Shown piece after piece: positions 26,631-41,165 of a DNA stretch of 64,000 nucleotides (its first letter is position 1; every line of letters begins with the position of its first letter). The notes beneath the pieces were generated by a model. That model was given only the letters and a program-made list of their open reading frames with translations. It was not told the origin of the DNA and did not search any database. The DNA is from the human T2T-CHM13v2.0 reference genome, Homo sapiens: assembly GCF_009914755.1 (NCBI RefSeq), contig NC_060942.1. The stretch is one strand, 5' to 3'. A program made the position numbers and the translations under genes.

Positions 26631-29600
26631 TCAGGCTCCAGTCCAAAGGAACGAAGACAGATCTCACACAAAAGAGCCAGACCCAAAGGCTGTGAGATCC
26701 TGAGATAATGACTCATATCATTCCAAAATCAGTTCTCTATTATTCTTCCTCTGTGGGATGTTTAATAGCAAGGGAAGTAACTGTGTGTCTGTTTTAAATT
26801 CAACCATGATTAAATAGGGAGAGGAAGCAGGCCGCTTCTAAAGCTTCCCTTTAGTTCTCCAATCTTATGCTATTTACTCTTCACAGGACTGGGGAGAAGA
26901 AAGTTGAGGAAGAAGTGGAAGTCTTTTCAGAAAGTGCCACTTTTATGAAGTGAAGGTGGGAGGATGTGGAGGAGAACTCAAGTTCAAGCAGAGTTTTTTT
27001 TTTTTTTTTTTTTTATAATATCAACATTTGTACATTCCCCCCACCACACACACACTTTTCGGGGTAAGCAGTATTTGCTTCACAATTTCTCCAGGACACA
27101 AAGCTGCTGACTCTCTGGAGAGGGAGACAGATGACTGCACAGGCATGAGACCTAGGAGCTGGGTGACGGGTGGAAAAGCCTCTCTTCCTGGGCAGTGCAT
27201 TTATCACAGGGCTTTATGTGCATAACAATGGACATATTTCTTAGCCGCTGCACAGCATTTCAAATTGAGTGACACATTTTCATTTTAAATCAGACTCACA
27301 GAGAGCCATAATTCTCAGGGAGGATAAAAATAGACCGGTATAGGGAAGCCCGAGGGCAGGCTGAGGGAACACCCGGCAGCTACTGCTGTCCTGCAATGCT
27401 GCATTCCTGCTCTCTGGCTTGGTGGATTTTATTAATTTGGGGAAGGGGGGTAAGAATTCCTCTTCCAGGGCATCGGTAGGCTGGATGCAGGAACTCTGCC
27501 GAAAAAGCCCTCTGCTCGGGCTCTTGGGAGCAGCCCTGTGGATAATTCATCACAGGCTTCTGCAGTCCTGGGATGACGCATTTTCTTTTCCTTTGCCATC
27601 TCCTTCACTTTGGCTGCTTCCACACGGGAACTGTTGGAGATGGCATAAATTGTAATTCCCTTAATCAAAGAGGGCCATTGAAGTTTCTTTTGGAAACAGC
27701 TGTGCAAAGTTGTATGGTTACTTGACAAGCTAATATGAGCTGAATCACTTCGCTGTGTTGAGTTTTCAGCAGCCAAAGAGCAGAATTTTTGTAGAAAACT
27801 CCCAATTTATCCAGCACCCAACTCAGGTCCCTCTGGTCCTATGAAGGTCTCCTAAAGTCACATCAACAAAATAACTGCTCAACTCCACACTGAAGCTAGC
27901 ACACATTACACTTGTATATTTCCTTCAGTAGCTAACACCTTGTTGGGCACACAGTATCCACTAAACCTCACTTGCTTTATCCCCAGACACAGTAGGCATA
28001 TACCAATCTCCTGGATTAAGCAGTTAGGTAGCATTATTATTTTAATCAGTGACATCACTCCAAATGGTTACCATGGTTGGCAGATGGAAAAGATTAAGCA
28101 ATGGTGCTGAGTCAAAATATTACAGGTATAAGAGCTTCCTGCCCTCTCACCGCTCATCCTCAAAGTAAATGCCATCCTACATGCTGTGGCTTGGTTGTGG
28201 TGAGAGGAAAAGGATTAGGCTCTGGATTAAATGGTGAGGATGATTCGACTGCAGCTCAATACAGTACTAACAAAAGTGACACAAAACACAGTGCCTCTTT
28301 CCAAAAGTTAACATTTCAAATAGCAGTTTGGGGAGGGAATCCTCTCTTTGACCCTTTAGCAAAACTTGCTAAGATGGCAAATGCCAGGAGGATAAGGAAG
28401 GCAGCATTCTAGATCTAATTCCACACATTTAATTCACAGAATTAGAGAACAGTTCCTGTGATACCAGAAATACAGTCATTCCTTCCTTACAATTTCCACA
28501 ATACCTGTAATTACAAAAAGAAGTGGTACAAATACACATGTAAGTATCTGCTAGAAAAAAGTCCAAAACAATCAGAATAGCAGTAAAAGACAGCTATCAG
28601 CTGCCCCTTAAGAGGCCAGGGGTTGTGGGCATCTTGACTCTGCTGGCAGCTCGGATTCGCAGCAAGGTGGAATGAACAGTAGGAGAATCCATTTTCCACG
28701 TGGGTCTAAAGACTTTGGGGAAATGCATTCTTTTAGCTGCTAAAAATGAGGTTGCCTGGATGAGGCAAAATCACACCTGGTCTCTCAGCATGCTACAACT
28801 AGGGGAGTAAGCAGTAGGAACAGGGCAGTGAGCGGCCAGAAAAGCCCTCTGCAACTTACTGTGCCTCCTAGCACCAGACATCATGTTGTTTCCTGGCAGG
28901 CAGTCGCTACACCCTTCAAAGTCCAGCTCAAGTCTCAACTCCTCAGTGAAGTTGCAGCTCCTCCTGCACTTGCACTACAACCTTGCATCTGGTTATATGT
29001 TGTTCTGTTTCAATCTCATATCACTTCCCTGCTGGGCAGGGCCCATGACTTGAATCTTTCATTCCCTCCCAGGAAGCAACACAGGGCTAGATGCTCGGTG
29101 CAGGATGAGATGTGGAAGAGAAAGATTCCCAGGAGAGAAGGACACCACAAAGGCCAGAAACTGTTCTCATTCTACATAGAACCCATGTGAGCCCCTAGAA
29201 GCAAAATCCTCTCCCCACTGGCTTCCCCCTCTAAAACCGACCATTTTGCATGGAGACAGCAAGACCAGTAGAAGTGTGGGCGACACACACTGTCACTCTG
29301 ATTTCACACAGCGAGGCTTCAAGCTAGCTCAGCCAGTGAATCAGAGGTGGCAGAGATGTGTATAGACCTCTGCCTGAGCATGGTCTATGGTTAACCACGT
29401 CAGATCCATGGACTTCTAGCTCCTCCCTAACGTTCTCCAAGGAGAAACCCTTGAAGCAACATCCTGTGTAGTCTGTTGTTCTATTATTGAACAATTCATT
29501 CTGTTAAAAAGTTCTTTGTGAAATCGGTGGCCCCTTATATACTGAGGGGGGTCCCAGAGGTTCCACCTGCCTTAGAATATCTCATTGTCACATGCTTCCC

Positions 29601-30049
29601 TTGTTTCTTCTCCCCTGCTTGACATGGTCCTAATGTTCACACCTCCTACCTGACAAGTCCTCCATGAGCACCTTGGGTCTCTCTGCTCACCTCCAGACCT
29701 CTGCACTGTACAGCACAGGATGGTTGTGAGGACCTGCAATCCCACAGTTTCTTGTACAGTGATCCTCAACAGTTTAACATGGGACATTCAGCTCCAGTCT
29801 GTTTTGACAGACTTCTTTACATGTTTTTTAAACTGAGCTTTCTAATTGCTTGAAGAGGTCTGGGAATTTCAGAATGCTCTTTTCAGGTGGCCGCACATGT
29901 TGGGATTTCACAAAAATACCACCAGAAAGTTCTGAGATAGACACATTCTACCCAGATAGTTACACCCATAGGGAGGTAGCTTCTTGCTCATATCCCAATA
30001 AGTAATAAATATCTTACTAAATGCTCAAGTGTCCAGTGCTGGCTGAGAA

Positions 30050-30240
30050 CTCTAGATACATTATCTAATTCCTTACAACAACCTACCAAGTGAGTATGAT
30101 CATTCTTTTTAAGGATAGGGAAACCTAGGCTCATTGAGATTAATTTACTTCTCCAAGATCACCCAGCCAAGAAGTGTGGGAGTCAATACTTGAATCCAGG
30201 CCTGACTCCAAAGTCCAAGAATTCAACTACCAGGCTCTTT
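30050..30240 (-). mobile_element. MIR SINE
   Basis: cttacaacaacctaccaagtgagtatg...ccaagatcacccagcc...tgaatccaggcctgactccaaagtcc. Confidence 0.7.
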
Positions 30241-30698
30241 CAGCTTTCTGGCAGGCCACAGCTCTGCAGTCTGGACTCCCACAAGCTGGAAAGAGGAGGG
30301 AGTTTTGCACTGTCTCAGGTTTGGAGCTGGCCCCAGAGGGCAGTCTCTTAGGATCCTGCTTCACCCCTTCCTCCTCTGATAAACCTTTGCTGGGATGGTA
30401 ACACTTCCTGCACACGAGCAGTAAGATGCTTGGCAGCAGCAACAGCATAACTTGGGGCAGAGGAATGGCAGGTCTAGGCCTAACTCAACCACCAACCAGG
30501 CTGGTAATCTTAACCAGCTCACTTCCTTGTCTGTGTCTCACTTGTAAACATGTGCTTTACATCCTGATGCACCCATCCCTATAGATAACACTGAACTATG
30601 ACCATGCCACAATGTCCTTTCTCCCACAAATTGCCCTCTCCCATTTTCCACCCCAAGTTATTTCATGAAAAAAACAAAAACAGTATATTGGTCACAAC

Positions 30699-31283
30699 CG
30701 TAAAACAAAAATAAAATTCTAAAGCCCCAACTATCTGAATGGATCCCTCCTTGCAGCCAGGGGCATTCCAAAGTTAACCTGAAACACTAGTTCAGGCCAT
30801 GCTGGGAATGGGGAGCTGCACATGCCTCATTATACCCTCCTCCCTTTGGAATTACTAATAGAACAGACTCTATATCTGATAAGAAACATTTATAATCTAT
30901 TCTCTCTGAAGCCTGATACCTGGAGAGTTCATCTGCATGATAAAACCCTGGTCTCCACCACCCTTTATCATAACCCAGACAGTCCTTTCTATTGATAATA
31001 TCCCCACCAATTGCCAATCAGAAAATCTTTGAATATGCCTGTGACCTGGAAGCTCCCGCCTTCCGGTTGTCCCACTTGTCTGAACCAAACCATTGTATAT
31101 CTTACATGTGTTGAGTGATGTTTTATGTCTCTCTAAAATGTATCAAACCAAGTTGTGGCCTGACCACCTTGGACACATGTTCTAAGGATCTCCTGAGGGC
31201 TGCGTCATGGGCCAATGGTCATTCATATTTGGCTCAGAAGAAATCTCTTCAAATATTCTATAGTTTGACTCTTTTCATTGACA
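30699..31283 (+). mobile_element. MER4-family ERV1 solo LTR
   Basis: (c)gtaaaacaaaaataaaattctaaagcccc...tttgactcttttcattgaca. Perfect 4-bp TSD CAAC at 30695-30698 and 31284-31287. Confidence 0.85.
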
Positions 31284-32509
31284 CAACCCATTGAATTGAT
31301 ATCCTAACCCATAAATGGGTTGCAGTGCACAGTTCTGAGAAACAGTGGATAAGGAAATGTTTTCTGTAGGTATGTCCTCTCCTGGAAGACTGGCAGATAC
31401 AAGAGCCAGAAGCAGGAGTGCAGCCAGGAGCAGGAGTGCAGCCAGCTGCCCGTGGAAGATGGTTTGAAAACAAGTAGCTCCGCAGCTCCCTAAGGTCCTC
31501 TTCTAGTTCTTAAATTGGATGAAGATATGTCTGATCTGAACCCTGGGCTTGTAAGCAGGCAATGAAAGGCAGTCTAATTTGTCAGACTAGTGGTTTGAAC
31601 TCAAAACTGAACTACTGCACCCATTGCCTGAGCCCCATCCCCTCCATCAAAAGGCCGATGTAGGAGACTGCAGGGTAGACTGGGAAAAGGAGTGCCAGGC
31701 CTTCATCTGAGGTGACAAGCTTGGCCCACCTCATTAACAGAGTTGTTAGCTATTTGTGTTCAGACCCTAAGGTCAAAAAATGAGAGGCAGGCCCAGGACA
31801 CTCTCTGTCCTTTTTTCTAAGCAGGGACAGATGTGGTTGAAAAGAAAATAACAACAGCCTTCAACCTAGCTAGAGCAGTTCATCCTGAACAATGCTGGGA
31901 CCCGCTGGGTTTTGAAAAGCTGCCCGGGTGTTGCAGATTACTGACAGCTCTTGTACTTTCCAGGTCAAATGTAAATTCCTAATTCCATCTGCAGCTTCCT
32001 TCTCAGGCCAAACATTTAGGAATTGTTTGTGGTTAAGTTGTTTATGGGTAATTAATCACTGCATACGAAATGGTTCCTCCACTACAGTGGGAAAGTGCCA
32101 GGTGGAGAGAAGACAGGGAGGAGGGGAGGCCCATATCACATCCCTCCATTCCCACTTCTGGTTCCTTCCACCTTCTGATATGAGCGAGTTGTTAGGACAG
32201 AGGGTCCCAGTGGGACAGGCTCTGGGCTGCTACACTGTTCAGCTCAGCTCCAATTAATGGCAGATGTTTGGTCTACATGATGCTGGTAGGCAGTGTGATT
32301 TCACAAGAGCTAGTGGGGTCACCAGCCACCCTTCACCCCTATTTCAGGCAAGTGTCCAGAGGGGATCCAATGTTGGCATAGCTCCAACAAGCTCTGGACT
32401 GGTTCAGTGGCTTATCCGCAAGGCAAATCAGAGCATGATAGTTATTTTTTAACTCAAAGAAACTTTATTTTCCCACCACAGATTTCATTCTATATTCAAA
32501 AGTTAAAGG

Positions 32510-32896
32510 AGTCTATTGAGGAATGAATGGATAAGCAAAATGGGGTATAACCACACAATGGAATATTACTCAGCCTTAACAAGGAAGAAAGTTTTGACAC
32601 ACGCTTCAACATGGATGAAGCTTGAAGGTATACTAACTGAAATAAGCCACTCACAAAAGGACAAATACTGTATTAATCCAATTATATGAGGTTCCTGGGA
32701 TCACCAGATTTACAGAAAGTAGAAAGGTGGCTGCTAGGGACTGGGGGAGGGAGAATAGGGAAATATTGTTAATGCCGCAGTTTCAGTTTTGCAAGATGAA
32801 AAGAGTTCTAGAGATGGATGATGGTGATGGTAGCACAAAATAAGGAATGTACTTAATACCACTAAACTGTACACTTAGAAGTGGCTAAGATGGTAA
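32510..32896 (+). mobile_element. L1MB-like 3' UTR (host of a nested L1PB)
   Basis: gaatggataagcaaaatg...cagttttgcaagatgaaaagagttctagagatgg...actgtacactta; it resumes briefly after 34882. Confidence 0.8.
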
Positions 32897-34864
32897 CCAA
32901 GGAGGTGAAAGACCTCTACAAGGAAAACAACAAAACATTGCTGAAAGAAATCATAGATGACACAAACAAATGGAAACACATCCCATGCTCATGGACGGGT
33001 AGAATCAATATTGTGAAAATGACCATACTGCCAAAAGCCATCTACAAATTCAATGCAATTCCCATCAAAATACTACCATATTTCTTCACAGAACTAAAAA
33101 AAAAAAAAATCCTAAAATCATATGGAACCAAAAAAGAGCCTGCATTGCCAAAGCAAGACTAGCAAAAACAAAAAAACAAAACAAAACAAAACAAAACCCA
33201 AATCTGGACACAATACATTACCCAACTTCAAACTGTACTGTAAGGCCACAGTCACCAAAACAGCATGATATTGGTATAAAAACGGGTGTATAGACCAATG
33301 GAACAGAACTGAGAACCCAGAAATAAGACCAAATACTGACAGTCAACTGATCTTTGACAAAGCAAAAACAAAAAGTGGGTAAAGGACACTCTATTCGATA
33401 AATGGGGCTGGGATAATTGGCTAGCCACATGTAGAAGAATGAAACTGGATCCTCATCTCTTACTCTCTACAAAAATCAACTCAAGATGGATCAAAGACTT
33501 AAATCTAAGACCTGAAACCATAAAAACTCTAGAAGGTAACATTGGGAAAACCCTTCTAGACATTGGCTTGGGCAACGACTTCATGACCAAGAACCCAAAA
33601 GCAAACACAATGAAAACAAAGATAAGTAGACGGGACTTAAACTAAAAAACTTCTGCACAGCAAAAGAAATAATCACCAGAGTAAACAGACAACCCACGGA
33701 GTGGGAGAAAATCTTTGCAATCTATACATCCAACAAAGGACTAATGTCCAGAATCTACAAGGAACTCAAAGTAGCACGAAAAAAAAACCATCCCGTCAAA
33801 AAGTGGGCTAAGGACATGAGAAAATAATTCCCAAAAGAAGATATACAAATGGCCAACAAACATGTGAAAAAATGCTCAACATCACTAATTATCAGGGAAA
33901 TGCAAATCAAAACCACAAGGGGATACCACCTTACTCCTGCAAGAATGGCCATAACTGAAAAATCAAAAAATAGATGTTGGCATGGATGTGGTGAAAAGGG
34001 AATGTTTTTACACTGCTGGTGGGAATGTAAACTAGAACAACTGCTATGGAAAACAGTGTGGATATTCCTTAAAGAACTAAGAGTAGATCTACCATTTGGG
34101 CCAGGCATGGTGGCTCACGCCTGTCATCCTAGCACTTTGGGAAGCTGAGGCAGGTGGATCACCTGAGGTCAGGAGTTTGAGGCTAGCCTGGCTAGCATGG
34201 TAAAACTCCATCTTTACTAAAAATACAAAAATTAGCCAGATGTGGTGGTGCACACCTGTAGTCCCAGCTACACAGGAGACTAAGGCAGAAGAATCTCTTG
34301 AACACAGGAGGCAGAGGTTGCAGTGAGCCCAGATCATGCCACTGCACTCCCACTATTGGGTATCTACCCAGAGGAAAAGAAGTCGTTATATGAAAAAGAC
34401 ACTGGCACAGGCATGTTAATAGTAGCAGAATTTGCAATTGCAAAAATATGGAACCAGCCCACACGCCCAGTCAATGAGTGGATAAAGAAAATGTGGTACG
34501 TATATATGAAGTACTACTCAGCCATAAAAAGGAACAAAATAATGGCATTCACAGCAACCTGGATGGAGTTAGAGACCATTATTCTAAGTGAAGTAACTCA
34601 GGAATGGAAAACAAAAGATGGTACATTCTCACTCATAAGTGGGAGCTAAGCTATGAGGACGCAAAGGCATAAGAACGATACAATGAACTTTGAGGACTTG
34701 GGGGAAAGGGGGGTGATGGTGAGGGATAAAAGACTATACATTAGGTACAGTGTATACTGCTTGGGTGATGGGTGCACCGAAATCTCAGAAATCACCACTG
34801 AAGAACTTATTCATGTAACCAAACACCACTTGTTCCCCCAAAAAACCTATTGAAAAAATTTAAA
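32897..34864 (+). mobile_element. L1PB1-like 5'-truncated LINE-1
   Basis: ORF2 remnants ([15 protein letters not shown]..., MKLDPHL...) and an L1PB1-type 3' UTR ending aaaacctattgaaa. 18-bp TSD at 32879-32896 and 34865-34882 with 2 mismatches. Confidence 0.88.
34099..34350 (+). mobile_element. AluS lacking its 3' end and A-tail, inside L1PB
   Basis: ggccaggcatggtggctcacgcc...gccactgcactcc runs directly into L1 sequence cactattgggtatctacccagag. Confidence 0.9.
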
Positions 34865-35247
34865 AAGTAGTTAAGATGGTAAATACATATATTTTCCTAC
34901 TGTTAGAAAGGGTGGGGGAATGGTAAAGGGGACAAGGTAGGAATTGAGAGAAGGGGAAATCCTCCTTGCAACTCTAGCTAGCTCATCACTTAGACCAACA
35001 CCAAAAATCTGAAATCTGAAAAGGACTTTAGAGAAAAGCAGCCAAGAGGATGTGACTGCTAACCTTCCCAATTTTTCAGGCTAATGTGAGAGTCTCATTT
35101 CCATCAGCATCCTGCTTGGGCCTCAATGTTTGGGAACCGTTTTGAAGGATCTGTTTCTGGCCGACGGTACACAGAGGGCTCCCTGGGGAACCAAACTCTG
35201 GCTGCTCTAGGGCAGCCCCAGGAGGCAGCTGGCGGGCACGTTAGTTA

Positions 35248-35451
<204 letters not shown>

Positions 35452-36346
35452 TTACAGCCACTGAGTTACCCTTGAGCTCAAGTCAGGGATTAGGCATAGA
35501 CTAAAAGACACCAATGTGCAGGCACCTGAGCCATCTCAGCATCTTCTGTTCTGTGCCTGAGGCTTTTGTGCACATTCTCATTATCACCTGGGATACCCTT
35601 CTTCTTTGCCCACCCGAATCCTCCCCACCCTCCAAGACTCATCATTCCTGCTCCTCTCCAGAGCCTACTCTTACTGTTTTTATCCACAAGGGCATGCATC
35701 TTCACTCACTGTCCCAAGCATATATGCTTAGCCCCATTATTTGGCTCAAGCATTAAAAGGATGAGTTTCAGACTAGGCAGATCTGGGTTTCAATCATGAC
35801 ATGGTCGCTTACCAGCTGGGTGTCTACTTTGGGGCAAGTCACTTCATGTCCCCTTGGGCCTCAGTACCCTCATCCATATAATGGGGGAAAACAGCAGTAC
35901 CTATTTTATCAGGTTAGTGTGAAGCTTAAATGTAATGGTCCCTGAAAGCAGGTGGAACCATGCCTAGCACTGCGTAGGGCACATACGTTGTGTATGCTGT
36001 TAGCTATGATCACAACAGCTGTTCAGTTAAGAATCATGTAGATGAACTTCATTTACATTATTACAGATTACTTTCCAGTCTTCAGAGATATGTGCACCAT
36101 TTTCAACCACTCACATGTCCTACAAAGCTAAGGCTAGCACTCAAAACCCAGTATGTTTTTAAACATATATTGAGTATGGCAGTGTAGAATAAAAAGCCAG
36201 ATGCTGTGTGAGCTTTCTGAGTATCCCCGCTTGAAGAGGAAATTTTATACAAGACAGTACATAACAAACATGGTGAAAATGCCAAAAGAAGCCAGAGAGC
36301 AATTGTCTGAGGTTGTTAAACACAAATCATAAAAACTAATAAGAAG

Positions 36347-36675
<329 letters not shown>

Positions 36676-39271
36676 TCACCATTGTCTAGAGTAAGCAGGG
36701 AGTCTTCATAGAGAAAGAATTAAGGCAACCTAGAATTAATCACTATTTTTAATTTGCTAAGATTACTGCCCCACTCCATCAGAAGGGACGAGGAACAAAT
36801 GCTCCCTTTCCTTCTGACTGTCCTGCAGCTCAGCTGGAGCTAAGAGTCATGCTTCTTTTCCTCCTTTCACTCTGGGACATGGTGCTTGATAGATGGTGCC
36901 CTGGAGCTGCCTGGGCTCAGTGGGTACTTGGCACTGGAAAACAGTGGGCATTTGCCAAGCAACTGATGACTGCAAGATGCCACCTCAACCCAGGCAACAC
37001 TCCACGTTGCACATCAGCCCTGGGTCTCATCCCATGAGACACCCACACTCTCCCCTCCAGGCTGTGCTCACTGTGGCTTCATTGCTCCCCTCTGCCCTCC
37101 CAAGCCCCACCTTCTTTCCACACCCATCTTCTCCATAAAATCTTCCCGACTCCTCCAGCTCCAACAGCCCACGGCACTGAGCATGTGAGGCACAACGGAA
37201 CACTGATTTACACAGCTCTGAACAAAACATTTCCTTCAGAAGACTTCATCTTTCTAACTAGAGTAAAAGCCCCTTAGTGCGAGGGCCTTACAGGACAGCA
37301 GGGAGTATGTGCTGAGCACCTCACTGCCTGCTCACCCTCTCACTCCAATGCCTCCTGTGGTTGCTCGGCCACAAGAGGAAGCACAGTTCCAGGATCCAAG
37401 GGGGTCTTCATTACCAGGGGCGGCAATGACCAGTCATAAGCAGCTGCTCGGCTGCCCATGACTGCGAGTGATCAGAAGCCTTCGGGCTGCGGGCTCCCCT
37501 GCTCACAGGCTCTCACTGCTAAAGCTGTCAGCCAGGCCCTGCAGCATGAAGGCAGAGCGGACACCCCTGTGCTTTGGAAAAGGCATCCTGTGGCCTGCAG
37601 ACCACCTCCCCAGGCACTCTGCCCCTGCCCACAGCAGCTGTGTTCCCCAAGCCAGCCACCGGCTTCTTTCCTCTGCTCAGCATGACCACAGGGTCAAGTT
37701 CAGCCCATTGCACACACCAGGGATGGCAGCGTGTTCAGGAGCATCTGGGACCCTTAGGTCCCACATGGGCTATGGGACCAGCTGGAGGTCCCTTCTTCTT
37801 CCAGGACCTCCTACTGTTTCCTCATGGTACTAATAAAATGAGCAGAAGCTCATTGAGAACCCCGTCATTCCTTAAAAGTACTGCTCCTCCTCCCCATCTG
37901 TCCCCTCCCTCTCTGTTCTGGTATCCCCACATCATGCTTCCTGACCTCTGGCATCCCAGTTCGGTCCTGTTGAAGGGCCAGGCAATGGCTCACTTGGTGC
38001 TGGTCCCCTCCCCTCACACAGCACAGCATGAGTTTTTGAGGGCAGGGTTGGGGACATCGGTTTTCTCTTAGAGTCTCCACACAGCGTGCCTGGAGCTGGT
38101 CCCCAGAAGGCACCTGGCACAGAGTTTTTGAACTCAGCCTTAACATTGTTCCCTCTTCGTGACCAGCTCAGCAAATCCCCTCCCTTTGCCACACCTGTTC
38201 TGTCCTCCTGTGATGGCAACACTGCTTTCCCCTGTGGTCTGGGGCAAAGAACTCAGTGTGGCCTCCGCTCTGCCACTAACAGGTAGTGTTACTTTGGGCA
38301 AGACACAGTCTCTCTGTACCTCATTTTCCTCATTTACTCAATGAGAGCTCAACATATCTGCCCAACTATAAAGCAGTGGTGGCTGTAATGACTATGTTAC
38401 AAAAACAAACAAACAAACAAACAAAAAAACAAGAAGAATGCTTTTAGAAAAAGCTAAGAGACACTATACAAAGAAGATATTGCCATCATCTTTCCCTGTT
38501 CACATATCCCAAGGGGATATGGGAGGCCAGCTGGCCTTCTGTACTTCCTCTCCCCAACAGTAAAGAAAACCCACCGTCAAATGCATCTCTCAATCCGCCT
38601 CACTGCTTTCACTATTAGGTGACTAGGAATGGAAAACCAGCCCTCCTTCTATTAAATCTTGGAGGACCATAGCAAGGACAATTAACATAGAAAAATCACC
38701 AAAGACATAGAAGGTCACAGTGCTGAAACTGAAGTTCATGCTTTCCTCTCCCAATAGGATTAGCAGACCCTGGAGCCTGCTGGATGCAAAGAGAGGATCC
38801 CACTGTGTTAGAACCGAGCCCTACCTCCACAATTGCCCGCCATGGAATTGATTTCTCCATGGGCTGCAAGCTCCCTACCTGCTTCCCCAGGCTCAGCAGC
38901 ATCCTGCAGTCACATCTCAGAACTCTGAGACTCCGAGACCTGGGCTGGCCTTCGGAAAACCAGTGACCAGGTCCTCCACAAAGCGTTCCCAGGTTATGAC
39001 AACCGCCCCAGGCCACTGCTGCTCTGGATACTTCATCTCTCTCTTGCCTCTGCCCTGTCAGCACTTTCACAGAGCCACCGACAGCCACTTCTGTGGCATT
39101 GCCAGTTACTTGTGACAGACAATTCCTTAAGCATAGGGGACATGTCTTATTGTCATTCTACCTGTCCTAGCCCAGTGCCTAGTAAGAGGTATGATAGATG
39201 TTTCTTAAATGAAGAAAGCAGAGGAAAAAGCCTTTTGTATAGGTCATGCTATCAAAGCATTTAATGTGGGA

Positions 39272-39490
39272 CAGGAGTTCTCAACTGGAGGCAATTTTGT
39301 CCCCAAGAGAACATTTGGCAATGTCTAAAAACATTTTTAGCTGTCACAATGATGGGATGCTTGTAGCATCTAGTGGGTAGAGGCCAAGGATGCTTCTCAA
39401 CATCCTATGATGCACAGGACAGCACCCCTTGCCCCAGCAAAGAATTCTCTGACTCAATATGTCAGTGCTGCTGAGGCTGAGCAACTCCGA
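39272..39490. mobile_element. MER20 hAT-Charlie MITE
   Basis: caggagttctcaactggaggcaattttg...catctagtgggtagaggccaaggatgct...gaggctgagcaactcc. Confidence 0.85.
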
Positions 39491-39611
39491 TTACAGGAAA
39501 TGGGTGGAGAGACACAGAAACTTCCTTCTAGGATGATGTAACTAATAACTGTAATCACATAAATTTTTATACTCTCATGAATAATTCCTATTCAGATTCT
39601 TTCATCAGGAT

Positions 39612-39911
<300 letters not shown>

Positions 39912-39939
39912 CTCATCAGAATTAACAGGTAAGGAAATG

Positions 39940-40058
39940 AGACACAGAGAGCAAAAGACTAGCTTGCGACTGGCCAAATCAGCAGTGAGCTCAAACTAGA
40001 CACAGAGAGCAAAAGACTAGCTTGCGACTGGCCAAATCAGCAGTGAGCTCAAACTAGA
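39940..40058 (+). repeat. Perfect 58-bp tandem duplication
   Basis: agacacagagagcaaaagactagcttgcgactggccaaatcagcagtgagctcaaact twice, then aga. Confidence 0.97.
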
Positions 40059-40964
40059 ATCCCGGTATCATGACATGGTCAGTATTCCTCCCACCTTTTC
40101 TTTGTATTGGGAGGAAGATTTTGGTTCTGAAGATAAGGCAGTGTCTTAGAAAAGTGGGACCTCAGGACTAGAAAGTCCCCAGTGTCTTCTCTCCTTTGAG
40201 AGGGGAGACCCAGCAGAGTATCTGTCCCACAGCAGGGACACGCTCTGATGAGGGAAAGGCCCAAGGCCACAGCTGGTCTGGCCCAGCTGGTATAGAGCCC
40301 TCATCTCCTCTCCCCTGGGCCCTGCACAGCACTCTGCCCTTCACACAGAATCTGAGTCTTTCACACACACTACGCTTCTAACAGCCTCTTCTCTTCTGGA
40401 GTCAGCTGGTAAACAGAAGCCACCCAGGGGGAATTCCTAAGCATGTCTCAGAGATTTGGAGGAAGGGAAGAGCAAGCAAGCAGCACACTGCAAAGAAAAC
40501 TGGTAACATTCTGTCTCCTTAACCTTTTCCACACAGAGCCCATCTGAATGGAAGCCAAGCTTTATTACATGACCAGAGTGTAGAAGGCAGTTCAGATATT
40601 CAGTCTGAGAGTCAAAATTGTCAAAGTAAGTTATTTCACAGAAAGAAATTATACTAGGCCCGAAACAGAAATCATGGGGAAGGAAAGATGGGAATAAGGT
40701 GCTTAAAAAATTTAAAAATACACCTCCTCTGGCCAGAGGGAACAGCATGCGTGAAGGCCCAGAGCAGAAGAGACTGCAGAGCTGAGTGAGAGGATGTTTT
40801 TTAAAGGTTTAAGGTAGTATTTCAGGCAAGAAAAGAGGATCTGGAACAAGGTGAATAAGGAAGAGAAAAGGGAGACCAGGGTGAGGAACGTGCATGGAGA
40901 CTTCATGGGACTTTGACGTCAGTTAGACACTGGGAAGTGAAGGAGACGGAAGAATCAAGGGTTA

Positions 40965-41165
40965 AACCATGCTGTATGGTGGCCACTAGCACCTCGGGGT
41001 ATCCAAAATAAATTAAAATGAAATAAAATTCAGAATTCAGTTCCTCACTCACACCAGACAGGTTTCAAGCACTCGATAGCCATGCGTGACAAGCGGCTCC
41101 CACACTGGATAAGGCAGATGACAGCACATACCCATCATCACAGGGATTCCCCCTGCACAGCAGGT
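40965..41165. mobile_element. MER3-like hAT element
   Basis: gtggccactagc...aattaaaatgaaataaaattcagaattcagttcctc...tttcaagcactcgatagccatg. Confidence 0.7.

Noticed and set aside
31404-31445. 18-bp tandem repeat (about 2.3 copies); also a 14-bp duplication near 35443-35469
   Set aside because: Ordinary short slippage duplications.
32881-34649. Several ORFs with L1-like peptides
   Set aside because: Decayed L1PB ORF2 interrupted by frameshifts and an Alu.
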